The notes under the pieces are model-generated. The model was not told the DNA's origin. It searched no databases and was given only the letters and a program-made list of their open reading frames with translations. A DNA stretch of 64,000 nt, taken from the NCBI GenBank assembly GCA_028873575.1, contig JAGWHY010000003.1, positions 15,661-79,660 of the forward strand, in the 5' to 3' direction. This DNA comes from Acidobacteriota bacterium (GTDB lineage Bacteria; Actinomycetota; Acidimicrobiia; Acidimicrobiales; RAAP-2). Each line of letters starts with the position of its first letter. Within the stretch, counting starts at the first letter, position 1. Of this stretch, positions 9,017 through 18,138 are shown piece by piece. Made by a program: the position numbers and the translations under genes.

Positions 9017-10044
9017 ACCCACGCGGAGAGTTCGCGCATTTCCAGAGGTCGAGGGCCGCGCTCACGGACGAGCGCGCTTTGGCGGGCCTGCCACACGCCA
9101 AGCGTTTTTTCGCGCACGCCACGTTCGTCGCGCCACTCGGGGTAGAGCGCGTTCACGCACCCCTCAATCTCGCGAGGCGCTTGGCCGAGAATCGCCGCGT
9201 CACTCCACGCCTCGACGACGTGACGACGCGCGACCTCGCGACGACCCTCCAGGCTGGCGCCGAATCGGTGCTCGTCAATGGTGCGCGGCGGCGCGATGCG
9301 CGCGAGTCGCTGACCGGACTCTTCGAAACGTTCGAGATCACGACGCCACCGTTGTCGAATTTCGTCGCGTTCCCAATATCGCTTTTCGCCACGGACGTCG
9401 TGGTGACCACCCCAGAGCGCACGATAGCCCTCGTCGAGTCCGGCGATCGCGTCGTGACCCGCGAAAGTGCGCTGAGCTTGGTAGGAGGTTCGTCGAGCAA
9501 TCTCAAAGCGCAACGACGCGCGATACAACCCGTCGGCGGCGCGCGCGTGGGCGTAGAGCGCGCGCGAATCCAAGACGACTGAGGTATTGGCGGGTCGCGC
9601 GCCGACGACGACGTGATCATGCAGGTGTGGCTCGCCGTGTCGATTAACGCCGTGGGTGAAGGACACGACGCGTTCCCACGCGCGCGACACTTCGCGGTCG
9701 CCACCGGCGCTGCGGTCACGAATAACCAACGCGCGCGACTCGAGGTACGCCATTGCCCCACGAACTGACGTGCGCTGAGCGGCGACGAGGTGGGGCGCCG
9801 CCGCTTCGTCGAGGGCCAGCAGGGTCGAATACGGTCGTGGCGCGGCAAAAATCAGGTCGTACCCCATGACTTGCGAGCGCGACGTCGTCGTCAAGACGCG
9901 CGACACGTCGTGGGCGCTCGCGGGGTCGCCGTCACCGCGTAACCACCACCCCGCCGGCCCGTCACGAAGACCGTCGAGTTCGCGCGCCTGATCGTCGGTG
10001 TAGTAGCGAACGTCGCCACTGCGGCGTACGTAGATGCGCAACAT
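8974..10044 (-). CDS. TrwC/MobF-type relaxase (HUH) domain protein without a helicase domain
   Basis: ORF 8974..10050. The ATG at 10044 is preceded by GGGAG. Motifs are an N-terminal Tyr pair (VRYYTDD), GYDLIFAAPRPYSTL (compare TrwC GLDLTFSAPKS), and the His cluster SFTHGVNRHGEPHLHDHVVV (compare TrwC FRHETSRERDPQLHTHAVI). About 356 aa, so relaxase domain only. Confidence 0.7.
   Translation of the reverse strand: MLRIYVRRSGDVRYYTDDQARELDGLRDGPAGWWLRGDGDPASAHDVSRVLTTTSRSQVMGYDLIFAAPRPYSTLLALDEAAAPHLVAAQRTSVRGAMAYLESRALVIRDRSAGGDREVSRAWERVVSFTHGVNRHGEPHLHDHVVVGARPANTSVVLDSRALYAHARAADGLYRASLRFEIARRTSYQAQRTFAGHDAIAGLDEGYRALWGGHHDVRGEKRYWERDEIRQRWRRDLERFEESGQRLARIAPPRTIDEHRFGASLEGRREVARRHVVEAWSDAAILGQAPREIEGCVNALYPEWRDERGVREKTLGVWQARQSALVRERGPRPLEMRELSAWVQRSREYSREGRSR
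8990..9009. repeat. Quasi-palindrome tcgcgcga-gtat-tcgcgcga in the 43-bp overlap of the two convergent genes
   Basis: Two copies of the self-complementary octamer TCGCGCGA are separated by 4 nt. In RNA from either strand this gives an 8-bp GC-rich stem with a 4-nt loop. It encodes SREYSRE in both convergent reading frames. Confidence 0.85.
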
Positions 10045-10071
10045 GGGCACCTCCCGGCACCCAACGGTCGT

Positions 10072-12054
10072 CTACAGCGCGGCCAACATCCGCTTCGCGA
10101 GCTCGTGACCAGCTCGGCGATACGCCGGCGTCGCGACGACCGCGCCCGGACCGCACTTCACCATCAGGTGATCAAGGAACGAAGCGCTCGTGACGTGAAA
10201 CTTGACGGCGAGTCGACCGTCGCGCACGGTCGACCACTGCGCGCCCGGCAACGTTTCAAAGTGCCAGCGGTTCGGCGGTTCGAGGACCACGACCACCTCG
10301 CCCCCGTCGTCACCGACGCGGGTCAGCCAGCCCTCAACGGTGTCCGGCGGTGTGGGAACGCCCGGTGAGGTGGCGAGGACTGCCGTCACGCGATCGAGGC
10401 GAAACGTACGCCAGTCGCGTCGCGTGTCGCAGTAGGCGCGCACGTAGGTGTGACCATTCAAGACCCGGATCTCGCGCGGCGAGATGAGACGGACTTGGAC
10501 TTCGTCGGACTCGACGGCGACGTACTCAATCTTGAGCTGCGCGCCGTCGCGCACCGCGCGCTCAATCGTGACGAGCGAATCGTCGACGTCGTTGGATTCA
10601 ACGTGCAAAAAAGAACTCGTGACGTCCTCGATCTTGCGCATGGCTGAGGTGAGCGCGTCGTCGTGGTACACCCGCGCCGCCTCGTGCAGGGCCAGGTTGA
10701 GTTCGAACAGGTCGCGCCACATCAAGGCCGACGGCTCGGGCGCGCCTTCGGGCAGGTCACTAAAGTCCGCGAGGTAGAGCGAATCGTCGTGGGCCTCGTC
10801 GTCCCAGTCGTCACACTCCTTGATGACGTGAGCGGGAAATCGGCCGGTCCCGTCGGTCGTCGCGTTCATCGGCTCGAGCGAGACGAGACGGTCCATGATG
10901 AGTCGAACGTGATCGGGCTCAAGGCCAAATCGTCGCGCGAGTTCACTCACGCGAAGCCCTCCGTCACTGGCGTAGACCGCGTGCAAGAGCCGTAGGGTCT
11001 GCCCGAGCACGTCCTGCCCACCCTGGGGCGGAAAGACAATGTCGTCCAGGGGTGGCGCGTCACCGCGGTTCACGCCTCTGAGCCACGTCGCCAGGTCGTC
11101 ACGTAGAGATTTGGGAGCCTCCACGCGAACGCGGTCCGCGGCGTCGAGGGCGAAACGTAGCGCGCTGCCGGGTCCGTCAAAGGTGATGCCGACCTCAACC
11201 CGATTGCGTTTTTGCGCGGTGAGCGCCCCCGGGTACTGACGAACCAACAGTTCCGCGTAGTCGGCACTCGTACTCACGACAACGTCGAGTGGTCGAGGCG
11301 ACTTCTGATACTCCGGTCGCCACGCGCGCGCGTTCTCGAGCGTCTCGTCGTCGACCGAGAAAGTATCGGCCAAGACTTCGGGCATCGACGTCATGCGCGA
11401 AAAGCGGTATCCCTTGATTTCCTCCGTCCCGCGCACTCTCGCCACGAGGTACGCGACTCCGCGCACCACGTCCACGACGAGTGGCTCCACGACACGAATC
11501 TTTCGCGTGGACGAGTAGTACTCGAAGGACAGAACGCGGCGAAGCTTCAACGCCCGCACGACTGGTGTGTAGTAGTTGGACGCGGCCAGCGCGCCGTCAG
11601 TGGCGGGCGTTTCGCTAAAGACGCTAAAGGCCCCCGACTGACCGAAGCCGCAAAAACGCAGCGCGAGCGCGACGACGCGTGCCTCGCGATCGTTGAAGTA
11701 CAACGGCGGCGCGTACCCACTCGCGGGGTCGACGCGATAACCAACGGACCCGTCGTCGCGCTCGACGGTTTCGATGACGAAACCGAGATCTCGGATACGG
11801 GCCTTGTCACGTTCGAACTTCTGACGCACCGTCGCGTCGGCACCCTCGTAGGCGCGAACTTTTCGCGGCCCCTTCGCCGACACGGGGAACTCGTCAACGG
11901 TCAGCTCGCGAAGTATCTCTTCCTGACTCAACGCACCGTATTGGTGGGCCCGCTGTAACAACAGCACCAGCGCCACCAGGCGCTCACGGCTCTGTTCAAC
12001 ACTTCCTCGCACGACCATGGCTCTCCTCGAAGTTCTCGCGTCCGTCGCCGTCAC
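10072..12054 (-). CDS. Fused PafB-PafC-type transcriptional regulator (two HTH-WYL-WCX modules)
   Basis: 660 aa. The first module starts with LVALVLLLQRAHQYGALSQEEILREL (wHTH) and has a WYL-like core near VVRGVAYLVARVRGTEEIKGYRFSRM. The second has LRLLHAVYASDGGLRVSELARRFGL (wHTH) and GHTYVRAYCDTRRDWRTFRLDRV (WYL). An alternative start at 12018 has a GAGGAG RBS. The gene lies 15 nt after moaC and 27 nt before the relaxase start. Confidence 0.7.
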   Translation of the reverse strand: MTATDARTSRRAMVVRGSVEQSRERLVALVLLLQRAHQYGALSQEEILRELTVDEFPVSAKGPRKVRAYEGADATVRQKFERDKARIRDLGFVIETVERDDGSVGYRVDPASGYAPPLYFNDREARVVALALRFCGFGQSGAFSVFSETPATDGALAASNYYTPVVRALKLRRVLSFEYYSSTRKIRVVEPLVVDVVRGVAYLVARVRGTEEIKGYRFSRMTSMPEVLADTFSVDDETLENARAWRPEYQKSPRPLDVVVSTSADYAELLVRQYPGALTAQKRNRVEVGITFDGPGSALRFALDAADRVRVEAPKSLRDDLATWLRGVNRGDAPPLDDIVFPPQGGQDVLGQTLRLLHAVYASDGGLRVSELARRFGLEPDHVRLIMDRLVSLEPMNATTDGTGRFPAHVIKECDDWDDEAHDDSLYLADFSDLPEGAPEPSALMWRDLFELNLALHEAARVYHDDALTSAMRKIEDVTSSFLHVESNDVDDSLVTIERAVRDGAQLKIEYVAVESDEVQVRLISPREIRVLNGHTYVRAYCDTRRDWRTFRLDRVTAVLATSPGVPTPPDTVEGWLTRVGDDGGEVVVVLEPPNRWHFETLPGAQWSTVRDGRLAVKFHVTSASFLDHLMVKCGPGAVVATPAYRRAGHELAKRMLAAL

Positions 12055-12069
12055 GGCGGGGCGACCAGA

Positions 12070-12561
12070 TCACTCGTCGAGTGATTCCTCACGCCGCCAC
12101 GTACCCGAACGACCACCGGACTTCTCCCACAACGCGAGTTGCTCGATGCTCATCGTACGGTCGCTGCTCTTGCACATGTCGTAGATCGTCAACGCCGCGA
12201 CCGCGCACGCGGTCAGGGCTTCCATTTCGACGCCCGTGCGATCAACGGTGTCGACGCTGCTCTCGACGTCGATATGGTCGTCGGCAATCGTAAAATTCAC
12301 GTACACGTTGCCCACCAATACGGGGTGGGCCATGGGTAGGAGCCCGGCGGCCTGTTTGGCCGCCTGAATCCCGGCCACCCGGGCGGTCGCCAAGACGTCG
12401 CCCTTATTCATCGAGTTCGCGGCGACCGCGGCGGTCGTATCCGGCAGCATGTTGACGCGGCACTTGGCCAGGGCGCGTCGCGCCGTGACCTCACTGGGGC
12501 CGAGGTCACGGGGGAAGGCACCACCGCTGCTTCCGCGGCGAATCTGGTGGAAGTCGTCCAT
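12070..12561 (-). CDS. moaC: Cyclic pyranopterin monophosphate synthase MoaC
   Basis: 163 aa with KGDVLATARVAGIQAAKQAAGLLPMAHP and DRTGVEMEALTACAVAALTIYDMCK, which are MoaC signatures. The N-terminus is somewhat divergent. Confidence 0.8.
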   Translation of the reverse strand: MDDFHQIRRGSSGGAFPRDLGPSEVTARRALAKCRVNMLPDTTAAVAANSMNKGDVLATARVAGIQAAKQAAGLLPMAHPVLVGNVYVNFTIADDHIDVESSVDTVDRTGVEMEALTACAVAALTIYDMCKSSDRTMSIEQLALWEKSGGRSGTWRREESLDE

Positions 12562-12601
12562 CGCGCCATGCTACGACACGATTTCTCTTGAGCGAGCTCC
12601 A

Positions 12602-12608
12602 GTAGAAT
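12602..12608 (+). promoter_or_regulatory. Candidate -10 element (GTAGAAT) for the FmdB-type gene
   Basis: TAGAAT lies 31 nt upstream of the ATG at 12640, with a CAGGAG RBS in between. The same GTAGAATGGAC string recurs upstream of ftsE. Confidence 0.3.
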
Positions 12609-12639
12609 GGACCTTTGAGGTTCTCGCCAGGAGTTCGCA

Positions 12640-12918
12640 ATGCCGACCTACGAATACGAATGCCAAAGCTGCCACGAGCGTCTCGAGGCGGTGCAGTCAT
12701 TCTCCGACGCACCCTTAAGCGTCTGCCCGGCCTGCGGCGGGGTGTTGCGCAAGGTCTACTCGGCCGTCGGAATCGTCTTTAAGGGCGGTGGGTTCTACAA
12801 GACCGACGCGCGTTCATCCAGTTCTGCCGCCGTGCCCGCGAGTGACGCCAGCGCTACGTCTACGCCCGCCACGCCCGCCACGCCAACCACGACGTCGAGC
12901 GCGGCCACCGGCGACTAG
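12640..12918 (+). CDS. FmdB-family zinc-ribbon protein (CxxC_CxxC_SSSS)
   Basis: MPTYEYECQSCHERLEAVQSFSDAPLSVCPACGG followed by VFKGGGFYKTD, with a Ser/Thr/Ala/Pro-rich tail. Confidence 0.8.
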   Translation: MPTYEYECQSCHERLEAVQSFSDAPLSVCPACGGVLRKVYSAVGIVFKGGGFYKTDARSSSSAAVPASDASATSTPATPATPTTTSSAATGD

Positions 12919-12957
12919 CCAGTCCGGCGTCGAAGGTGACACGGTAGGCTCAAATCC

Positions 12958-14883
12958 GTGATTTTGCCGTCCATTGAGACCCCGGCCGACCTGCTGGCGC
13001 TCTCCTACGACGAGCTGGAACAACTGAGCCAAGAGATCCGCGATTTCATCATCGAGACCGTGACGACGACCGGTGGGCACCTGGGGTCGAACCTGGGGGT
13101 CGTCGAGCTAACGCTGGCGCTGCACCGCGTCTTTGAGTCCCCCAAGGACATCATTCTCTGGGACACGGGCCACCAGGCCTACGTGCACAAGTTGCTTACC
13201 GGTCGACGCTACGGGTTTAAGCACCTGCGTCAACGCGGCGGGTTGTCGGGCTACCCCAATCGCTCCGAAAGCCAACACGACTGGATCGAATCGAGTCACG
13301 CCTCGACGGCCCTCTCCTACGCGCACGGTCTCTCGGTCGCGCTCGAACAGCGCCACGAGCTCATTGGCCGCGGTGGTAAGCGCCACGTCGTCGCGGTCGT
13401 GGGCGACGGTTCGCTCACCGGCGGCATGGCCTACGAGGCGCTCAACAACCTCGGACACTCTAACCAGCGCGTCGTCATCGTCCTCAACGACAACGGGCGT
13501 TCCTACGCCCCCACCATCTCAAAGCTCTCCGAGTCGCTGACCGCCTTGCGACTCAACCGCACGTACTTGACGCTACGAGAGCGGCTCCGTCGTCTCGTTC
13601 CGCACCTTCCGCGCGTCGGCAAAGCCGCCTACCTCGGCATCGACGGCTTCACGTCGGTGGTGCGCGAAATGGTCACGCCGCACACCTTCTTTGAAAACCT
13701 CGGCGTTCGCTACGTCGGCCCCATCGACGGTCACGACCTCGCCGCGCTCGAAACGGTGTTGACCAACGCGGCCACCTGGGACGGCCCCATCGTGGTGCAC
13801 GTGTTAACGCAAAAGGGCCGCGGCTACGAACCCGCGATTAGCGACAACTTAAAGATGCACGACTACAAGCTGCCCCCGCGGCTGAACGACGAAGAGGTTG
13901 CCCCGACCTCCTTCACCCAGGCCTTCTCCGACGCGCTGGTCTCGATCGCGAGTGTCGACGAGCGCGTCGTGGCGCTCACCGCGGCCATGGCTGGTCCCAC
14001 CGGACTACTGACCTTCCAGGAGCGCTACCCCAAGCGTTTCTTTGACGTCGGCATCGCCGAGCAGCACGCCGTCACCGCGGCCGCCGGCATGGCGATGGGG
14101 GGACTCAAGCCCGTCGTCGCGGTCTACGCGACGTTCTTCTCGCGCGCCTTTGATCAGGCGCACCTCGACGTCGGACTACTCGACTTGCCGGTCGTTTTCG
14201 TCTTCGACCGCGCCGGCATTACGGGTGACGACGGTCCGAGTCACCACGGCCTGTTGGACATGGCGCTCGCGCTCGCGATACCGAACATGACGGTCTTCGC
14301 GCCGTCGACCGCCGAGGAGCTCCCGGTGATGCTGGCGAGTGCGCTGGCCCTGTCGTCGCCGAGCGCCATTCGCTTTCCGAAGACCCCGCCCAAGCCCTTC
14401 GACGGTCACGCCGGCGAAGGACTGCACGCGCGCAAGATCGTCACCGGCGACGGCGCCCTCTGCGTGCTCGCGGTCGGCAAGATGGCGCCCAACGCGTACC
14501 GCGCGCTCGAACTGCTCGGTGACGACGCCCGCCACGTCACGCTCTACGACGTTCGCGTCTTGCCACCCGACCCCGCCATGATTCGAGACGCGTTGGCGCA
14601 CGCACGCACGATGACGATTGAAGACGGCACGCGCCACGGCGGCGCGGGCACGTTAATGGTGTCGGCGATACGCTCCCTCGCCCAGGACCTCAGCCAACCG
14701 GTCCCCTCGACGCGCATTCTCGGCGTCCCGCGCGCCTACCTCGAACACCACCGTCCCGACGACCTCTTGGCCGAACTCGGGCTCGACCCCGAGGGTCTCG
14801 CCAACGCGATGCGGCGGCTGTTGCGCGATCAGCCCGAGTTCGCGCCGCCCCTGCCGGAGGCGCCGCGCCCGCGGTACCTGTGA
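12958..14883 (+). CDS. dxs: 1-deoxy-D-xylulose-5-phosphate synthase
   Basis: 641 aa with GGHLGSNLGVVELTLALH, GDGSLTGGMAYEALNN (ThDP motif), IAEQHAVT and DGPSHHG. Confidence 0.95.
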   Translation: MILPSIETPADLLALSYDELEQLSQEIRDFIIETVTTTGGHLGSNLGVVELTLALHRVFESPKDIILWDTGHQAYVHKLLTGRRYGFKHLRQRGGLSGYPNRSESQHDWIESSHASTALSYAHGLSVALEQRHELIGRGGKRHVVAVVGDGSLTGGMAYEALNNLGHSNQRVVIVLNDNGRSYAPTISKLSESLTALRLNRTYLTLRERLRRLVPHLPRVGKAAYLGIDGFTSVVREMVTPHTFFENLGVRYVGPIDGHDLAALETVLTNAATWDGPIVVHVLTQKGRGYEPAISDNLKMHDYKLPPRLNDEEVAPTSFTQAFSDALVSIASVDERVVALTAAMAGPTGLLTFQERYPKRFFDVGIAEQHAVTAAAGMAMGGLKPVVAVYATFFSRAFDQAHLDVGLLDLPVVFVFDRAGITGDDGPSHHGLLDMALALAIPNMTVFAPSTAEELPVMLASALALSSPSAIRFPKTPPKPFDGHAGEGLHARKIVTGDGALCVLAVGKMAPNAYRALELLGDDARHVTLYDVRVLPPDPAMIRDALAHARTMTIEDGTRHGGAGTLMVSAIRSLAQDLSQPVPSTRILGVPRAYLEHHRPDDLLAELGLDPEGLANAMRRLLRDQPEFAPPLPEAPRPRYL

Positions 14884-14921
14884 CGAGACGTACCCGCCGT
14901 CAAGACCGGTACGATGCGGCT

Positions 14922-15317
14922 ATGAGCTTTGACGTGCAAAAGTCCGACGAGGAGTGGCGCGAGAGTCTCAGCGCCGAGCGCTACGCCGTGTTACGTGAAG
15001 CGGCCACCGAGGCGCCCTTCACCGGATCACTACTCCACGTCGACGCCCAGGGCGTGTTCACCTGCGGCGGTTGTGGGCAAGTGCTCTTCACGAGTGCCCA
15101 GAAGTTCGACTCGGGCTGTGGGTGGCCGAGTTTCGACCAGTGCGAACCCGGCACCATTATCGAGCGCCCCGACCACTCGCTCTTTCGCGAACGTACCGAG
15201 ATTCTCTGTTCGAAGTGCGGCGGACACCTCGGCCACGTCTTTCCCGACGGTCCCACACCGACGGGCCTGCGCTACTGCGTGAACTCACTCGCCATCGACT
15301 TCACCGACCAGAACTAG
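14922..15317 (+). CDS. msrB: Peptide-methionine (R)-S-oxide reductase MsrB
   Basis: ATG at 14922 (MSFDVQKSDEEWR...). Two CxxC pairs (CGGCGQ, CSKCGG), GHVF, and the catalytic RYCVNS. Confidence 0.9.
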   Translation: MSFDVQKSDEEWRESLSAERYAVLREAATEAPFTGSLLHVDAQGVFTCGGCGQVLFTSAQKFDSGCGWPSFDQCEPGTIIERPDHSLFRERTEILCSKCGGHLGHVFPDGPTPTGLRYCVNSLAIDFTDQN

Positions 15318-16168
15318 ACGTCGAGAAAGCGCCGGATCGCGATCGCCGATCCGACCGAACCAATCACTACGCCCACGGCCAACACGACGGCTTCCGTGCC
15401 GACGAGGGCGCTGGCGCCTAACTGAAACTCGTTGTGCAGCGGGTACCAGGTGTGCAGCGCCAGGACGAGCAACATGGCCACCACCGAGCCAATGAGCCCC
15501 TGGATAAAGCCCTCGGTGATGTAGGGCACGCGAATAAACCAGTTCGTCGCCCCGACCAGCTTCATGACCGACACTTCGCGTCGACGCGAGAAAATCGCCA
15601 TACGAATGGTGTTCAAGATCAACACCACGGCCGAGAGCAACAGCACACTCGCCAACGCGATGAAGACGATCTGCACCACGCGGATGGCGTGGTTCATCTC
15701 GCGAATCTGCTGCTCGGGCGCGGTGACCTTGTAGACGCCAGGCTGATTCTGAAAGGTGGTCTCGACCACGAAGGCGTTGGAGGGCACCGTTGGAATACAG
15801 CGAAACGACGACGGCATCTGCGCGACGCTCAGCACACTCGACTCCGACGGTGGCAGAAGCTTGAGGGCCTCTTGGTAGTCCTGGGCCTGGGTGTAGTAGA
15901 CGCAGCTCTTCACGATGGGCAGGGTCGAAAGTTGACCCTGCACGTTGGCGATCTGGCTCGTCGTCGCGTTGGGCTGCATCCACACCGTGACGCGGGTGCC
16001 CTGTTGCCACTGGGCCGACGCTTGCGCGGCGCTCTGACGCAGCAGCAACGCTGAACCGGCTAAGGAGAGTGAGACCGCGACGGTCAAGACCGCGGCGATG
16101 GTCATCATGCGGTTTCGCCAGAGGTTGCCCAGCGTCTCTTTCACGGCGTAGCGAAGATAGACCCTCAC
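15314..16168 (-). CDS. ftsX: Cell-division ABC transporter permease FtsX
   Basis: 284 aa. N-terminal [17 protein letters not shown], a large extracytoplasmic loop, and three C-terminal TM segments. A 4-nt overlap couples it to ftsE. Confidence 0.85.
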   Translation of the reverse strand: MRVYLRYAVKETLGNLWRNRMMTIAAVLTVAVSLSLAGSALLLRQSAAQASAQWQQGTRVTVWMQPNATTSQIANVQGQLSTLPIVKSCVYYTQAQDYQEALKLLPPSESSVLSVAQMPSSFRCIPTVPSNAFVVETTFQNQPGVYKVTAPEQQIREMNHAIRVVQIVFIALASVLLLSAVVLILNTIRMAIFSRRREVSVMKLVGATNWFIRVPYITEGFIQGLIGSVVAMLLVLALHTWYPLHNEFQLGASALVGTEAVVLAVGVVIGSVGSAIAIRRFLDV

Positions 16169-16866
16169 GGTAGCGACACTCCTTCATCGACGCCGTACAC
16201 GCCACGGATCTGGTCACGAATCATCTCACCGCGGTCGAGCTCAATCACGCGTCGGCGCATCCGGTCCACCAATGCCTTGTCGTGCGTCGCCATGACGACG
16301 GTCGTACCGGTGCGGTTGATGCGCTCGAGCAGCGCCATGATCGATTCAGAGTTCGCCGGGTCGAGGTTGCCGGTCGGTTCGTCCGCCAAGAGAATGAGCG
16401 GGCGATTCACGAAGGCGCGCGCGACGGCGACGCGCTGTTGCTCGCCACCCGAGAGCTCGCCCGGGAACGACTTGGACTTCGCGGCGAGTCCCACCAGCTC
16501 GAGAATCTGGGGAACCTGCGTCTCCACGGTCGACCGGGGGCGCCCGATGACCTCGAGGGCGAAGGCCACGTTCTCGAAAACGGTCTTGTTCGGTAACAGA
16601 CGGAAGTCCTGGAAGACGCAGCCGATGTTTCGCCGCAGGTACGGCACACGCCACTTGGGCAGTTCCCCGATGTCGCGACCGGCCTCCAAGATACGGCCCT
16701 GGTCTGGAAGCTCCTCGCGCAACAAGAGGCGAAGGAACGTGGTCTTACCGGACCCCGAGGCGCCGACCAAAAAGACGAACTCACCCTTTTCGATTTCGAG
16801 GGAGATGTCCTTTAAGGCGGGGCTGCCGTTCTTGTACGTCTTAGAGACGTTCTCGAAGCGAATCAC
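16165..16866 (-). CDS. ftsE: Cell-division ATP-binding protein FtsE
   Basis: [11 protein letters not shown], Walker [10 protein letters not shown], signature LSGGEQQR, and Walker [13 protein letters not shown]. Confidence 0.9.
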   Translation of the reverse strand: MIRFENVSKTYKNGSPALKDISLEIEKGEFVFLVGASGSGKTTFLRLLLREELPDQGRILEAGRDIGELPKWRVPYLRRNIGCVFQDFRLLPNKTVFENVAFALEVIGRPRSTVETQVPQILELVGLAAKSKSFPGELSGGEQQRVAVARAFVNRPLILLADEPTGNLDPANSESIMALLERINRTGTTVVMATHDKALVDRMRRRVIELDRGEMIRDQIRGVYGVDEGVSLP

Positions 16867-16992
16867 AACTACACCCCCTCGGGTTGACTGGTTAGAGTGC
16901 GACGAACGGGCACGACAACACCGTCCATTCTACCGGCGGTGACCCCCAAATGGGGCCGGCGAACCCTTGTGAATGAAGGAACTATCAACTTC

Positions 16993-18138
16993 TTACGAAG
17001 CCGAACGCTGGCGACGCAGCTCCGCTTCCATGAAGCCGTCCAGGTCGCCGTCGAGGACCGCCTCGACGTTGCCGGTCTCGTAATTACTGCGATGATCCTT
17101 CACGAGTTGGTAGGGCGCCTGCACGTAACTGCGAATCTGTGATCCCCAGGCGTTGTCGACGCGCGCGCCACTCAACGCGTCCATCTCCGCTTGACGTTGC
17201 GCGCGGGCGCGTTCGGCCAGTTTGGCCTCGAGAATCTGCATGGCGCGCGCGCGGTTTTGGTGTTGCGAGCGTTCGTTCTGACAGCTCACGACGATGCCGG
17301 TCGGCACGTGGGTGATGCGAATCGCCGAGTCGGTCTTATTGACGTGTTGGCCACCGGCGCCCGACGAGCGATAGGTGTCGACGCGTAGATCCTTTTCGTC
17401 GATGTCGACCTCACTGGCGTCATCGGCCAGTAAAGGCGTGATCTCAAAGCTCGCGAAGCTCGTTTGACGGCGGGCTTGGGAGTCGAAGGGGCTAATGCGC
17501 ACCAGACGGTGCACGCCACGTTCGGCCGACAGCCAGCCGTAGGCGAAGCGACCCTTCACGATGAACGTCGACGACAACAAACCGGCTTCCGAGCCTTCGG
17601 TCGCCTCGTCAATTTCAACGGCGTACCCGCGTCGCTCGGCCCAACGTTGGTACATACGCAGCAGCATTTCGGTCCAGTCCTGGGCGTCGGTGCCGCCCGC
17701 GCCGGCGTGGAGCTCCACGATCGCGTCGTTCTCGTCGTAGGGACCGGCAAAGAGACTCTGAATCTCGAGCGCGTCAATCTGGCGCGTCAACGCGGCGACG
17801 GTGGACTCGAGTTCGTTCAGTAGGGACCAGTCGGCCTCACCAGAACTCAGCGACTCCCCCGCGAACTCGGCCAAGACGCGCGAGTCGTCGAGGTCGCGCC
17901 GCAGCCCGTCAAAGGCCTCGAGGTCGTTGGCCAGTCGACCCAGTTCGGTCGTGACGCTGCGCGCGTGTTCCTGATCGTTCCAGAGATCGGGGTCCGCGGC
18001 CAACTCCTGCACCACGGCGTGGCGAGCGCGCGCGTCGTCGATTTTTAGATAGTCGCGGGCCGCACTCCAGCGCTCCTCGAGGGTTTCGAGGGTGCTGAGG
18101 GCGTCGCGGAGCGCGTGTTCCGCCTTAGGGTCGGCCAT
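16993..18138 (-). CDS. prfB: Peptide chain release factor 2
   Basis: ATG at 18138 (MADPKAEH...). SPF tripeptide (ISPFDSQARRQTSFA) and GGQ (SGAGGQHVNKTDSAIRITH). The frame is continuous with no internal UGA. Confidence 0.9.
   Translation of the reverse strand: MADPKAEHALRDALSTLETLEERWSAARDYLKIDDARARHAVVQELAADPDLWNDQEHARSVTTELGRLANDLEAFDGLRRDLDDSRVLAEFAGESLSSGEADWSLLNELESTVAALTRQIDALEIQSLFAGPYDENDAIVELHAGAGGTDAQDWTEMLLRMYQRWAERRGYAVEIDEATEGSEAGLLSSTFIVKGRFAYGWLSAERGVHRLVRISPFDSQARRQTSFASFEITPLLADDASEVDIDEKDLRVDTYRSSGAGGQHVNKTDSAIRITHVPTGIVVSCQNERSQHQNRARAMQILEAKLAERARAQRQAEMDALSGARVDNAWGSQIRSYVQAPYQLVKDHRSNYETGNVEAVLDGDLDGFMEAELRRQRSAS

Noticed and set aside
10277-10283. GGTTCGA-type strings (also at about 630 and about 33135) as possible tRNA T-arms.
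   Set aside because: All lie inside well-supported coding sequences and have no acceptor or anticodon stem context. No intergenic region here is both long enough and cloverleaf-like.
7157-12561. The 7.1-12.5 kb segment as an intact integrative conjugative element or prophage.
   Set aside because: There is no integrase/recombinase, replication, T4SS, TraB/FtsK, capsid or terminase gene. There is no tRNA target or flanking direct repeat. The composition is not visibly shifted. I therefore treat it as a chromosomal module or a heavily decayed remnant rather than annotating a mobile element.
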